From Camelus dromedarius (Eukaryota): 64,000 nt of DNA. Shown in pieces: positions 50,200-63,637 of this stretch. Made by a program: the position numbers and the translations under genes. The stretch covers positions 38,318,001 through 38,382,000 of the forward strand of contig NC_087437.1 of assembly GCF_036321535.1 (NCBI RefSeq), in the 5' to 3' direction. Positions within the stretch are counted from its first letter, which is position 1, and every line of letters starts with the position of its first letter. The notes under the pieces were generated by a model. It saw only the letters and a program-made list of their open reading frames with translations, had not been told where the DNA came from and ran no database searches.

Positions 50200-52200
50200 G
50201 TCTAAAGCTTTCTAGACCTTAATCCCTTTTTCTCTATTGTAACAACTTTAAATATTTTAGAATCACAATATTTCATAGTAGAAGGGATTTTGTGTTTGTG
50301 ATATATAAATATAAGCTTATACTCTAATAAAAATTTCTATACATACTCATACATTTTTAAAGTTTATTAATAGCACTATGTTTAGTCTCAAATTTGTCAT
50401 ATTATTTTATCCTATTATTTATTATTTGTACACTGTTATTTACTGTATTTCTCTATTTTTCTTCATTTTTTTTACATTGCTTTGTTTTTGTAGAGCAGAT
50501 TTTATTTTTGCTCTTTGATTATCTTTATGTCTGTACGTTTTGTAATGCCTTTGCCCTTTTTATCACCCAGGTATCTAATTGTTGGTGTGCCAGTTGTAAA
50601 TGACAGGCTTTGAAGCCTACATAGCCCTAATGCAGCAATCAATGAGTTTATTTGACTTGGCTTTTTCCCTCTTTCTTCTTCCATTTTTAAACTATATCCC
50701 TTCTATTTTATTAGAGAACACAATGCTCACATGTCAATATACCCCCATCCCTATCAATGGTATTAGCCTTGTAGAGCCAATTAAATATATAAAATATTCA
50801 AGGTCAGTCTCTTTGTCCATTTCCCTTTTCCCTTTTTAGCTGAAGAAAGTTTATATTCCAGTAGATTTCTCAGAAAGAGATAATGATTACACTGTTCCCT
50901 ATATTCTTAAACATTTAACACTTTTCCAATAGCCATTATACTGAAAGACAGCTTAGCTGGTATAAAATCCTTGAATCACACATTCTTGAGTTTTTTTTTT
51001 TTAAACGGATGCTCCACTCTTGTATAATTTCCATATTGCCCTCAAGAAGTTTCAGGTCAAACTGTCTTTCATTTGTAAGTGATTTTCTTTTGTTCATTGT
51101 TAGTTTAAGGACCTTTTTATATTTTGCATCTTAAAAATACAATTGTTACATTAGAATATATTCAAAGATGACAGGTTTAAGTTAATGTTTCCATGCTAAT
51201 GACTGGCTCTTTAAATACAGAGACAGATATTTTCTTTCAAGCATTTCTTGGAGTATGGTACCTTGTATCACTTTCCTTCTCCTTCTCTTCTTCCTCTTCC
51301 TTCTCTTTGTTCTTCCTATTCAACAGTTGGATCTTCTTTGTTCATTTACTGGGAAAGCTTTATAATTCTTTTATTATTTTGCTTTCTTTCTCCTGAAAGT
51401 TTTCATTTCTCTCCTCAAGGCTTCTCATTGTATGTCTAGTCAAATTTCTCCTTCCATCAGCAGCTTGAAATTAGTCTTCAGTTTTTAGATAAATTCATCT
51501 TAATATTCTAAAATTTTACTTCTGAGAGTTATCAACATTCATTTCACCTCAGTCTGTGTTTTATGCCATCTCCATATTATTGTTTAGCTTTATGATCCTT
51601 TCTTTGTATTTGCTTATATCTAATTGCTTACAAAATATTTAGCTTATATAAGGGTTTCTTTTTTGTGGCTTGGTGGTTAGTATTTTGGAAAATACTTTCA
51701 TCAGATTGTTTTGTTCTAATTTTCCTTTCTTTTTAAAATAGCCTTTTTCTTTACAAGTTAGTTAATTTTGAAAGAATCTATATTTCCTTAAGCCAATAAT
51801 AGCAGGTGTTTCTAAGTAGGCAGGAGTGATGATTTTGGGTGTCTTACTAGGTTCCTTAGTTCATAGCAAGCTTTTCTGTTGGTATAGAGAAGTGTAATTT
51901 CTTAAATAGATCATATTTTTATTGAAGGGGAAGGATTGGAGTTTTTTTTTTAATCTTGTGAAATTGTTTCTGTAGGATCCACAATTTTCATTACATGCTT
52001 CTCTCTTTTTTTTTTGTCACCACCAAACCTTCAAGTGATATCTTCTCCTTTCAACTTATTTCTCTTTCTAAATTTGTGCTTTCTCAAGGCTGCCACCTCT
52101 GGTCTCAAGGTCTTCCAAGCCTATTTCTATTCAATTTCCCAGTGCAGGGCTGTCACCTGCATATTACAGACTTTATTTCTCCTCCATTCATTTTTCTGAA
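50200..52200 (-). mobile_element. HAL1 (antisense)
   Basis: GAAAGACAGCTTAGCTGGTATAAAATCCTTGAATCACAC...GATGCTCCACT ORF1-antisense motif; T-rich plus strand. Confidence 0.6.
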
Positions 52201-53809
52201 GGTTTTCATTTATTTTTAATTCTTTCATAGTTGACGATGTATTTTACTTCAAAATAAATCTCTTTACCTATATATCTTTTTTTATTCTCCTTCTTATGTA
52301 ACTGAAACACTTAAAACTGATTGTTGTACAGTAGTAAATGTGATTTTACAATTTTTGATTCTTTTGTTTTCTATTTTAGATTAAATAATGCATACCTGTC
52401 CACATTAGAGATAACTTTTCTTAATTTCATGGTGACTTTTCATTCAAACATTTCTGCTTTTGTCTAGATCATAGAAAGTGAGTAAACCCCAGCATTACTA
52501 CTTAGTTGTAAGCCTCTGTGCATTGCTGTGAAATGCCAAGTTAATGTAAGCAAAGTTAACAAGCTAATGGTAGCAACTGCATATAAATATTTGTGGTTAA
52601 TGACTTTCTACCTATCTTCATTTTGCTAGTTTACTTAGCAGCATTATATTCTTTACAAAATTTTAGTAGCTTGGAACATAAATTTCCTTAGGCAAATATG
52701 ATGTGTAATGGATGAAGAAAATGTGCTGGATAAGTGGGAATAACTTATCATCCTTTACCTAAAATAAAGGGACAAAACTGGAGTGCTAACAAAACTGATG
52801 ACAACCTTTCTCTTTTCATACTTTTGACAATTTGTATATATGCTTTAGGACATTATTTTGCTTTCATTATTGCCTTATTTTTTGTAAATATTTTACATTA
52901 TATTTTTGGTGAAATATATTTCATATGTATTTCATAATACATTTTGATGAAATCAATCCCTGGGCTGTGATGCACCAGCCTATTTCCACTCTAACAAGTT
53001 TTCATTATCTGAATAGTAGTAGACTCAACTGCTTACAAGTCTGAGAAGTTTGGGAGGTGATATGCTATTTTTGCAATATTTCATACAAAGAAGCACTTTG
53101 ATAGCTCACATTCATCTCTTTGATACTATGGGAAAGTGGGACAGATGTTACATATAAATTAAAAGAATAGGTTAAATTAAATTTTAATATCAAATATCAG
53201 ATCTCTAAATTGTATATTTTATGTGAACTACTTATTTTGTAATTTTTTGGGGTTTGTTACATAGCATATATGTATAGAAATGTGCAGTTTTACTAGAAGT
53301 ATGTGAATAGACAACTCTACATGGCCTTTGAAACATTAAATTCTGTACAATATTTCATTCTCAAAAGCTTTGAGAGGTGCTCAGGCAAAAAACAAGAAGA
53401 CAAAACAAAACAAACAAACTACAGAGCCATGTTCTTCTGAATAGTACAGTAAAATATTTGATAATGGATGGAGTGAGTAGGAATAAATACTAAAATGGCA
53501 GCAAGATTTTCAACTGTATCAGTAATATCTCTTCCAATGGTATTATCTTTCTAGTTTAAAGTTTCATATTTTCCTCTTCTCTATTTTCCTGGGAAGGCTC
53601 AGATTTTTGTACAAATATGATTTTGCTACACATATTTAAAGTAACAGAAGCATCATGAACATAGAGTATCTCAGGCAGTTCTTTAAAAAAGTTACTCATC
53701 AATATATACTGAGGTCTTACTCTGTTTTATTGCTACATTGGGTTGATACAGATTACCATGTGGTCCTAATATAAAAAGAAACACTATGAAACAGACATAC
53801 AAACATGTA

Positions 53810-54070
53810 GAGGGGCAATATAACATAATGGTAAGAGGGGAGACTTTTAAATTGAATTGCATGAGATCAAATCCGGGATCTACCACTTACTAGCTGTGTA
53901 AAACCAGACAATTTACTTCCCCTTTCTTCATCTGAGTTTCCTCACTGACCAACTAGGGCTAATATTATTTACCTAATAACAACTGAATGTTAAGTCATTT
54001 AGTTGATAAAAAGAAAAAGTGCTGAGTTCATTCTCATAAAATGAGAAATCCTCAATAAATGTTAGTGATT
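53810..54070 (+). mobile_element. MIR SINE
   Basis: CAAATCCGGGATCTACCACTTACTAGCTGTGT...CTGAGTTTCCTCA...CTCAATAAATGTTAG. Confidence 0.8.
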
Positions 54071-54081
54071 ACTGCTTGGAA

Positions 54082-55635
54082 CACTGGGTCTCAAACGGTG
54101 GCCTGTGCAGCTCTCAGTCCTCAATGTACCTTCAGGGAATCTGCATGTTAATACTGTTTTTCATTACCATGCCAAACAATTTTTTCCTTTTTCAGAGTTT
54201 TGATATTGTCAATGATGGTGAAAAGGCAACAGTAGGCAAAATTTTTGGTGTGTTAATCCAAATAATGTAGAAGCACAAAACTTAACTAGTTGTCATTATA
54301 GTCTTCTTTATGTACACACATAGGGAAAAGAAATGCACTTAAGAATGTATTGATGAAGCAATAAACTTACTAATGTTATTAAATCTGGACCACTGAATAC
54401 ATGCATTTTTAAAAAGAAAGCACACATGAAGTCTCTCTGCAGCATACTAAAAACATGATGACTGACTGAATGAAAGCTTTTGCCAAGTTATTTTAGTTGC
54501 AAGCTAAACTTTTTTTTTTCTAATTAAACACTGTATTTATTTGAAAGAATGGCCATCAGACAAACTGCATTATAGGTATGTTTTTGAACGTGAACAGAAC
54601 TTGTCACTTGAAGGAAAAAAAAGCTGACAGTATTTGTTGTGATAAAACTTGAGACTTTGAGTGAAAATTATAATTTTGAAAAGTATGTATCTAATACCTG
54701 AGCTTGAGATCTGTTTGATACATAAAAACTTTTCTGATGAGATTGCTAGTGATATCAACCTATGGTATTTTTGATATGATTTAATAAAATACGTCAGCAT
54801 TTGGAAGATATGCTTAATTCAGTGAGTAGTGTTTTCAAGATAACTGATGATTAATGCTAAAAATCATGCATTAAATGAATCCTTTCAAATGCAGAATAGA
54901 TCAATGGATTTTAATGTGACTAAAGCAAAAAAAAAGTTCACTGATAATGCTTCACAATCTACACTGCAACTATCTTTTAAGAAGCTAGCAATTGCCAAGT
55001 TTTGGTATAGCATCAAAGAAGAATATCCATCATTATCTACAAAAGTCATTCAAATATTTCTATTTCTAATAATTAATAACAAATCTGAGTAAGGCTGGAT
55101 TTTCTTCAGGTATATGCAGCATAGAGTGAATAAAGAAGATATGAAAATATAATTGTCCTATATTAAGCCAGACATTCAAAAGTTCACAAATAAGAAAAAT
55201 AATGTCACTTCTCTTAAAAATACTTTTTTTCAAAGTGTAGTTTTTAAATGTAATTTTTACCAACTTGCAATGAATTAGTATTATTTTATATGAAGTAATA
55301 TTTTTAAAATAGTTTTCATTTTAATATATAAATATCAATAGAAATAGACAACAACGTATTGCAGTTGGCTTAAATATATACTGGTACATGAGAACTAATT
55401 ATTCTGGAATTTTGAGAGGCAATGTTAAACTACTGGCAGTTAGAAATTTGAAATGATATCAAAATTTATACCATACAAATTATAAAGGCTACAAGTCAGG
55501 GCTTTTGTTCTTCCTCAGATACCTGGTTTACCAGCCACCACTGACATAACCCACCTACATAGAAGCTCTTTGAAGTCCTGGGTAATTTTTCAGAGTATAA
55601 AGAGTTCTTGACACTAGAAAGCTTGAGAACTGACT
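54082..55635 (+). mobile_element. Charlie1-family hAT DNA transposon (deletion derivative) with degenerate transposase C-terminus
   Basis: TIR-like ends CACTGGGTCTCAAAC and AAGCTTGAGAAC; ORF 54847-55092 contains 'STLQLSFKKLAIAKFWYSIKEEYPSLSTK', typical of the hAT dimerisation region. Confidence 0.85.
55360..55543 (-). mobile_element. MER63-like (hAT-Blackjack) insert within Charlie1
   Basis: Terminal CCTGGTTTACCAGCCACCACTG resembles the reverse complement of the CAGTGGTGTGCTGGTAAA TIR. Confidence 0.45.
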
Positions 55636-55989
55636 TCAAATATAACATATGTGCTATATTTACAATTAATCACAAATTCTAAAACTAAATAAAATCCAAA
55701 TTTTCTAACAAATGTTAATAGTTACGGGATGATTATAGACAGAAGAGTATTTTAATTTTGGGTAGTGTTGGGAAAAGAACTAATGTTTCTTGAACAACTA
55801 ACATGAGCCAACATTTCCATATTCTAGTTTGAATATGAAGTAACCATATCTATGAAGAAGTACGTGAAAAACATTAGGGATTCAGATATAAAGTAAACAT
55901 TTCTGGGATGCTTCTTTTGTGGCATTAAAATTTAGGGGGCTTTGAAAGATGAGGAGGATATTTAAATGTAGTGGAAGTAAAGGTAATCA

Positions 55990-56757
55990 AATGCACCCAG
56001 AAATTAAACAACTCTCTTGGTCTTTGATGGTATCACTTTAATTCCAGATCAATATCCCTCATTTGGATTATCGAAATAACCTTTTAACTGGTCTCTCTGG
56101 TTCATTTGTGTCATCTCAATCTATTTTTTAACAATAGTAGCTAGAGTGAATTCATTAAAATAGCTAGAGTGTATAATCTTTTGCTTAAAATTTCCCAGTG
56201 GCACATCTCATTCAGAGTTGGTCATAATTTTAGTAGTAACCTACCTGCCCTCCATAATCTGGTTCTGAGATAAGTGACTACTTTTGCTACTATTCATCCA
56301 CTTACTTCCATTTATCCACTTACTTCCACTTAGCCACTCAAAATCTCCTGCTATTATTTAAGGAAGCTAGACATGGTGTATCAGTAGGGCCCCTAAATAT
56401 GCTGTTGTGCTAGCTTTGAACTTCCTTCACACAGACGGCCATATGGCTTTTACCATACTTCACATGTCTTGACTGATGTCTTGTTCTCAGCCAGTCTCAC
56501 CATGATCACTCTATTTAAATTGTAACTCTGCCTGAGCCACCCTCTGCCTCTGCCTTGCTTTATTTTCTCTAATTTTGTATCTTCTGACATAAAAATGTTA
56601 TTCATTTTGTTTATGGTCTGTCTCCATAACTAGAATGGATACTCTTTGAAGGCAAAGATTTTGTGTTATTTTAATCATTTCTATATCTTCAGCAACAATA
56701 AAAATGCCCAACATGTAATTTGTGTTTACAAGATATAATTTGAATAAATGAATGAAC
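55990..56757 (+). mobile_element. L2a 3' region
   Basis: AATAACCTTTTAACTGGTCTCTCTG...GTCTGTCTCCATAACTAGAATG...TTTGAATAAATGAATGAA. Confidence 0.85.
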
Positions 56758-56789
56758 AAGGCAGGAAAAAAGAAGCCTTAATCTAATAT

Positions 56790-57425
56790 ACTGTTTAGGG
56801 TACAAACAATAATACAAAAGTTAGTAGAACTTAAGAACATATGTGCGCAGAGCAATAGGGAAGAACAGAACTGGGGGATGAAGTAGGCAAGGTAACATCA
56901 TAAAGGTTACTCATGCCACGTGCAAGGTATTAAATAAGAACAGTTTGAATCACAGGAGTGTGAAACAATCAGAATCAAAAATTTTTAATACAGAAAGAAA
57001 GGGGAAAGAGAAGGAAAAAAAAGAAAAGTGAAACAAGAGAAGAAGGAGGAAGAACTAGAGGTCAGGAGAAGGGGAGAGGGCTATCTAACGAAACAGAGTA
57101 ACGTTAATGAGGGCAGACATGGAAGCTGAAGTCCTGAGATTCACATAATTGGCTTAATTTCCATTATAACAGACAGAAGATAAGGCTGAGAATGGAACTT
57201 TTGAAAAAATATAAATGTTTAATAGGTAAGTAAAAAAAAATAAAAATGAAGGTATAAAAGGCAAGACACAAAGAGAGACAGTGGCCTTGTCAGGGAAGTG
57301 GATATTAGAGCAGTGGCCCACAGGATCCATGTAGTTTGGTAGCTAGGAGGTCATGTAAATCCTTGATAGCAGAGTTTCATTAGTGCGGTACAGAGAGAAG
57401 CCCAATTCACTCACTTTAAAATGAG
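56790..57425 (-). mobile_element. Degenerate L2 (antisense)
   Basis: Purine-rich; CTAGGAGGTCATGTAAATCCTTGATAGCAGAGTTTCATTAGTG. Confidence 0.5.
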
Positions 57426-59611
57426 AAATTTACAATGCCCAATGGGAATGGCTTGTGCAATACTCCTCACAAGTCATTTCCCAAGGTCTTAATTTTGCTG
57501 GGATCTGGTTTCTTGTTAGCTGACTAAGGGTTTTCCTTATCTAGAAATCCTTTAGGTATGTGGACAATGATAATTAATGCAGGAATTACGTAACAATATT
57601 CATTATATTCCATTAACCTCAACTTCTGGGCAACCTATAGTAGTAGATTTCACTGGCATAAGAAAGTTGATAACAGTAAATAAAGCAGAAGTATCAAGAT
57701 TTGACTTTTTGACTTTATTGCAAGAGTAGACAGGTTATTGGAAGGACAGAGCGATATTTTGAGAGGAACAAACATGAAATATGTTTTTTAAGGCAAGTAT
57801 GCTTTCAACTGTATGAGCAGTGCATAAGTGCACATGTATGGATGCACATGATTGATTGGTAATATATTGATCAGATATTTAGTTCAAGAGAAGAAAGGAC
57901 ACAGTATGGTGTCTCCTTGGCAAATCCTTTAAATGCAATTCTGTTACTTAAGAAAGTCTCTCATTCAACTGTGAAAAAGTGACATTACTTGCTACATATA
58001 TTTCATCTACAACATCTATCTCCTCACAATAAAGCTGGATATAGGTATCAGAATTAATGAGGGATCAAGGACAACTTTATTGAACACATTTCACAAACAA
58101 TCCATTAGACTGACAAGAGAAGATGGCTCTCATTATCCCATAAGATCACTTTGATATTACTTTAGGGCTATGCTAATGAAAAACGGAAAATGCTGCAGGA
58201 GTCTATATTAGCGAAAATCTATATAGGAAAACCTAAGTACAGGTGACCAATTGATTTTGAAAAAGAAATGAGCACTCCACCTTTTGTCCATACCCTTAAT
58301 TTCAGAGTCATTTATTTTCCTACCTTGCCCCCATATAGTGAAAATATAACCAAACTTTTGACAACAGGCACATAACCATTCTAACTGTGATGTTAATTTT
58401 CCTCATTTAACACTCCTTACAAACTGCCAAAAGAGCTATGAAGTTTAAAGACTGACGTGAAGGAAGAATTTGGAGAAGCATTTATCTATATCCCTAAGTA
58501 ACTGCACAGAAAAAAAATAAAGATTTATAGCTGTCTTTAATTCAAAATCCCACTAAAGTTAATTTCAAAATCATTTAATATTCTTTTAAATTTTTTGTAT
58601 GATATAGTAAAGGTCACTGATCTCTGTAAGAAAGAAATGGGTGCCACCAACAAGTCCTTCTCATGGAAAATTCTGTATGATCCTGGACAGTAACTATCTC
58701 AACAGTGTCTAATGTTTATTATAGATTAGTAGTTCTTCCCTCATTTTTACTTTTGTGGCATAAGCCCCACAGTCTTAACATAAACTAAGGGAAAGGGATA
58801 GAAAATAACAAAAGGACACATATTGTGGATCACTTACTAACCTTTGCAAGTGAAAGCTCAGAGCCAGGTTTTATTTAAATTGAATAAATACATGCCATAA
58901 ATCTTGCAACTCAAAAATCATAAAGCAATTTTTACCTATTCCCTGCTATATTCCTCCTGGTCAACCAGTACTTCCTATTCTGATTATAGGTTCCCAGGAA
59001 TAATTTACCCTAGATAAAGCCTGGTAAATAAATTTAACCAGAAGTGAAAAGTTGGACAAGCCTGAGAATGATACATTAGAAAAATAAAGAAGCTATTTTA
59101 TTCCAAATATTTCTTTTAAAGCTGTTGAGCAATTCATGTTTAAAAGATCCACAATATGTGTATTAATAATATGACTTGGTATAAAAACTAGCAAATAGTT
59201 TAAGGATTTTTCGCTAATGGAGAAGTGAAGCAAAAAGATTACTTTTTGTCTACTAAACTTTGCTGAACTAAGAAATAAAAGCCCCCCCCCGCCCCCAAAT
59301 CACAATCTGTATTTCCATCTCTATCCAAATTTAAATTTTCAGGCTTTATTTAATGATGCTAAAAAAAATCACATCAAAATGAAATAGAGACGATTGTTTT
59401 ATAAGATTTAGGGTGAAAATGTAAAGAAAGATAATCTTAGCACCATTATTTAAACCTCTACTTCTGCTGTTTGGAAAGAAATTTTGTATCCTTGTTATGG
59501 AAAAAAGATTGAAACATTTTAGAGCAGTGACTCAAGAGGCTCTTCACAGACAGATTATTTAGCACACAGGTTTGACTTCAGTGAGCAAGGATCCCAGACA
59601 GCATTACTGTA

Positions 59612-59640
59612 AACCACACAGATGATCTTTATCTGATAAG
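59612..59640 (+). promoter_or_regulatory. RUNX + E-box-N9-GATA composite (candidate haematopoietic enhancer core)
   Basis: AACCACA (59612-59618), CAGATG (59619-59624), 9 nt, TGATAA (59634-59639), plus opposite-strand TTATCT; motif only. Confidence 0.35.
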
Positions 59641-61029
59641 ACAGTCTAGACCCTAGAAGTATGATATTTTGACATACTACTCAAAGCTGACAAGGAACAC
59701 AGGCTCCCTTCCTACTGTGGCACTGTCATCTCCAAAGTGGATACTTTACCCACATAAACTAAAATGGTTCCACCATCAAGAACACCACCCAGAAGCCTGA
59801 CAAAGGAGTAGGGACGGAAAGACGTGCTCTTTCTCTGGACATTTCAAACAGCACATCTGCTCTCATCCTAATAGTCCAAATATTACAAAGACCTAGCAGC
59901 AAATCACGCTGGAGAATGCAGTCTTCTCCTGAACGGCATGTGTAGTGGTAAAATCTGGAATATTATATCTATGAAATACTGTACCTATGAAGGTGGAGAG
60001 TGAGTGTTGGAGAACCATAGCTGTCTTTCCTACATTGTTTCTGCATCATGTTCTCTTTCAGGTTTCAGTTTTTAGCCTTATTTATATAAATAAAACTCTA
60101 GAAATAAGTTGTTCAGGAGAACCGAATTTACAGCAAGGAGTTTTCACACTTTTAAGCCTGAGTAAAAAGTACTTTCCTGTTCTTGAAGTCAAGTGTATAG
60201 AGGTTAAAAAAGGGAAGAAATAATTAAGAGAAAATTACGGATACTCTTTAAACTTAGGGATTAATTTATCTAACTATATAATGTTGTGCAAATCAGTCCA
60301 TAGCACACATTAAAGCTAGGTGGTTTGAACACATTCATTTATTCCCTGCCACTATTCAACAAAAGGCTTTAATGGGGCTCAAGTTTCTGCAACACAATAA
60401 ATTAAATCAGATAGAGGGGTGATATAATACCTGAATGATGGGGAATTAAAGTCAACATTCTAAAGAGGAACTAGGTAGCCAGTTGGTATACAAACCTCAT
60501 GTCGTATTTTTTAATAATTTTAAAGTAAGAGAACTTATTAGGATCTAGATTAATTTTTTCTGTACAAAGTCACATAATTTGGAAACAAGATGAGTTATGT
60601 AATTCATATTGTCCATAAGATAAGGGCAGATTGCTTTTCTAAGTATAAATTATAGTATAAATTTATTTTACAGTTCCTCAAGAAGAGGTGTATGTATGTG
60701 TGTATATGCATAGTAAATAGTAGTTCCAACAACATTCATGATAAGGCAACATGAGTAGTTGACAAACCTTAGAATTTAAATTCCAAAGTGGTGAATATTT
60801 AAATGTCCAGCAACTGGCCAAGCGTGTAATTTAGGAAAGCTGCTCACCCATTCAAAACCTGAATTCTCAATTAAGACATAATGATACTGACACCAAGATC
60901 ACTGTGGCAATTTAATGATATTTTATATTAAGAACTTAAAAGAAGGCAATTTCTTTCTACTCTGTATACCAAGGATTTATAAAATGTATAATATAACATT
61001 ATTTAGGTAAAATACTTCATTATTAGACT

Positions 61030-62082
61030 CTATTTGCTGAGATTTTCTATCTTTTCATTTATTTCAAGTGCATGCATAATTGTTCATCGAAGTATCAGTG
61101 TCATCTCGACCTTGACATCTTTTCTTATTGAGGTTAGGTTATTCCTGGTTCTTATAATGAGTAATTTTCAATTGAATCCTGGATATTATGGATATTATAT
61201 TATAAGATTCTGCATCTTATTTAAATATTCCATTTCATCAAGTCTCCTCTGGTACCATACTGGTGAACAGAGTGGGATCTCATCACTGACATACGGGGTT
61301 TAGGGGTAGTCCAAGTTCTTCCCTTGAGTTCATTACTGCTGGTGGAAGCTCCCAACTTGGCCTCCTCTAATATCACCTCTTTACTGCTTCCTGTGTATCT
61401 CCATTGACAAGGTGAGGGGTGGCCTCAGTAGCCCTGGCAGTGGTAAAAGCCCTCACCCTGCACTAGGCCTCTTCTGCTGCCATCCAGCAAGCACTGTTAA
61501 GGCCAGGTGAGGGTGGAGCTCCAAGCCCCCCACATGGCCTCCAAGGACATGAGAGTACCAGAAGGAGTTTTACCAGCCAGCAGAGATTGGTCTTCTGACG
61601 CCACCGGGGGTGTGCGTGTGCACCTGTGGGTGTATGATAAGCCTCTCACAGTCTTGCAGGAGAGAAAAAGCCTAGGCTCTTTACTCAGGCCTTGCTGATG
61701 GATGTGGGGCCATCATTTTATGTGGCGTTTTGGCTGGGATAGAGTAGTTTTTGTCTGGAAGTTTTGTACCTTGCCAGATCGGTTCTCTCTTTTCATCCAG
61801 CGAAACAGACCAGTCTTTTGCAGGGGGTTTTAGTCCATTGGTATTTCCAAATTGCTGGTTTCTCTAATATCGAGGCCAGGATATATGAAGAAAAGTGAGT
61901 CCAAGAGGACTCAGCATCATTCTGTTCTCCAGATCCTGAGGTCCTAGCTGGTATGCTTTTTCTTGCTACCTTTCACAGTTTTCTTATGTGTGTTTTATGC
62001 ATGATGCCCAGGGATTTTAGCTCTACTTAGTGGGACAGATAGGGGAAAGTGTGTCTACTCCATCTTTCCAGAGGTGAAAGTT
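61030..62082 (-). mobile_element. L1MC/MD-type 5' UTR and ORF1 start (antisense)
   Basis: Ends ...TACTTAGTGGGACAGATAGGGGAAAGTGTGTCTACTCCATCTTTCCAGAGGTGAAAGT, the reverse complement of an old L1 5' terminus; GC-richer UTR at 61250-61900. Confidence 0.75.
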
Positions 62083-63419
62083 TAGTCTTTTCACTACTAA
62101 GAAGAAACATACAACTTAATACTGTAACAGTTACGTAATTTTTAAGGCATGTGAACATAATGAACACCTGTCAATTCACTACCCGATCCAAGAAGCACAT
62201 AAATGCTGTTCCCATTCCCTGGCTCCCGGGTATAAAATAAATTTTGTATTTATTGAATCCTTCCTTTTAGTAGGTTTATCAAGTTTCAACTTATCCATTT
62301 AAAAATACTATTATGTTCACACACAAGTACGTATATGTCACTTTTTCAAGCTAATGAGATCATTTCTGCATACTGTTCTATAATTTGCTTATTAAAGTAA
62401 CTATATTTTGATATCTTTGCAAGCTCTTACTGCAAAATATTTATTCTGGAACAGTATTATTCTCGTTGAAACACTTGAAATTGAGAGTTAGTATTAATGT
62501 ATTATACTTGGCTTTATTCAGCTTGGCAAATGTATTGTTCTTTTTCATTTGACTTTCCCTCATTTAACTTTTTTATATGTACAACAGTCTTTGGAGACAC
62601 ATACATAAACCAGATAAAGAATTAGGGTATGCTGGTTTTTGTTCACTGCTCCTCATTTGCTGGGTAAGGCATATTTATCTAGGCATAGTTTTAGCTTGCT
62701 TAATATTATTCACATTTACATTCACAGAGCCATAAATTGCATCCTGAAAGGGGTCATGACACTGAACTTATTCCAAATGCCAGTTCTCATTTCAGCATCT
62801 CAAACTGTGGTATAAATGAAACAGTATGGATTTCTCACCTGTCAGACTTTTTAAGAGCAAAGTCGAAGAGCACATTCTAGTTAATGAGCACAAAGTTTAA
62901 CCAAATAAGTTCATGAAATTCACAGACGGTTTTGTTCAGCTGCTGCTTCTCCATACGCCTGCTAGTTCTTTGTTCCTTTAAATAAAATCTACACTTACAA
63001 GGTGTTCAGAACAGAAGAATGCATCAGAAGCTATGACATAAACTTCCAGTGTTTAGCATTATTAAAAGTGAAAGGATTTATGAATCTTAACTAGCTTTTG
63101 ATTTAATTATAGTGTAGTACCCATAGTTACTTCCAGTAACATAAATCATAGAGCTATATAATTCATCAAACTTTAAAAGTTAGCTAACTTTATAGTAAAA
63201 GTTCATTATGACTAATGTTTAGAGATTGTTTAGGGATAATATACCCTTATAGGTTCTTATATGCTCCTTTTAAACAGAAATATACTTTGCAGCAGGTCTT
63301 AATAAAAGTAGTAAAATATAATATTGGGAAAAAGTAATTTTTCCTATTAAAAACATTATTCAAAAATTCTGTAAATCCACTTAAGAAACATATGTATATA
63401 GAATTCAGCACGTCAGTAA

Positions 63420-63637
63420 CCTTTTAAATATTTTGTAAATATTAACTTAGGTCATCTTCATAATAATCTTATGAGGTAGGCACTATTAGGATCTTCATAT
63501 TATAGATGAGGAAATTGAGATACGGAGAGGTTAAGTCATTGCCAAAGGATGCACAGCTAGTTAATAGTAACTAGGAAACAAATCTAACCAGTCTGACTCC
63601 AGAGTTCTCATTCTTTACCATTAATCTATGCTGTCTC
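63420..63637 (-). mobile_element. MIR SINE
   Basis: CTTATGAGGTAGGCACTATT...ATAGATGAGGAAATTGAGATACGGAGAGGTTAAGTCATTGCCAAAGG...CAGTCTGACTCCAGAG. Confidence 0.9.

Noticed and set aside
58166..58242. 77-nt plus-strand open segment (GYANEKRKMLQESILAKIYIGKPKY) between AG and GT
   Set aside because: Weak donor (GTGACC), unrecognised peptide, no partner exons
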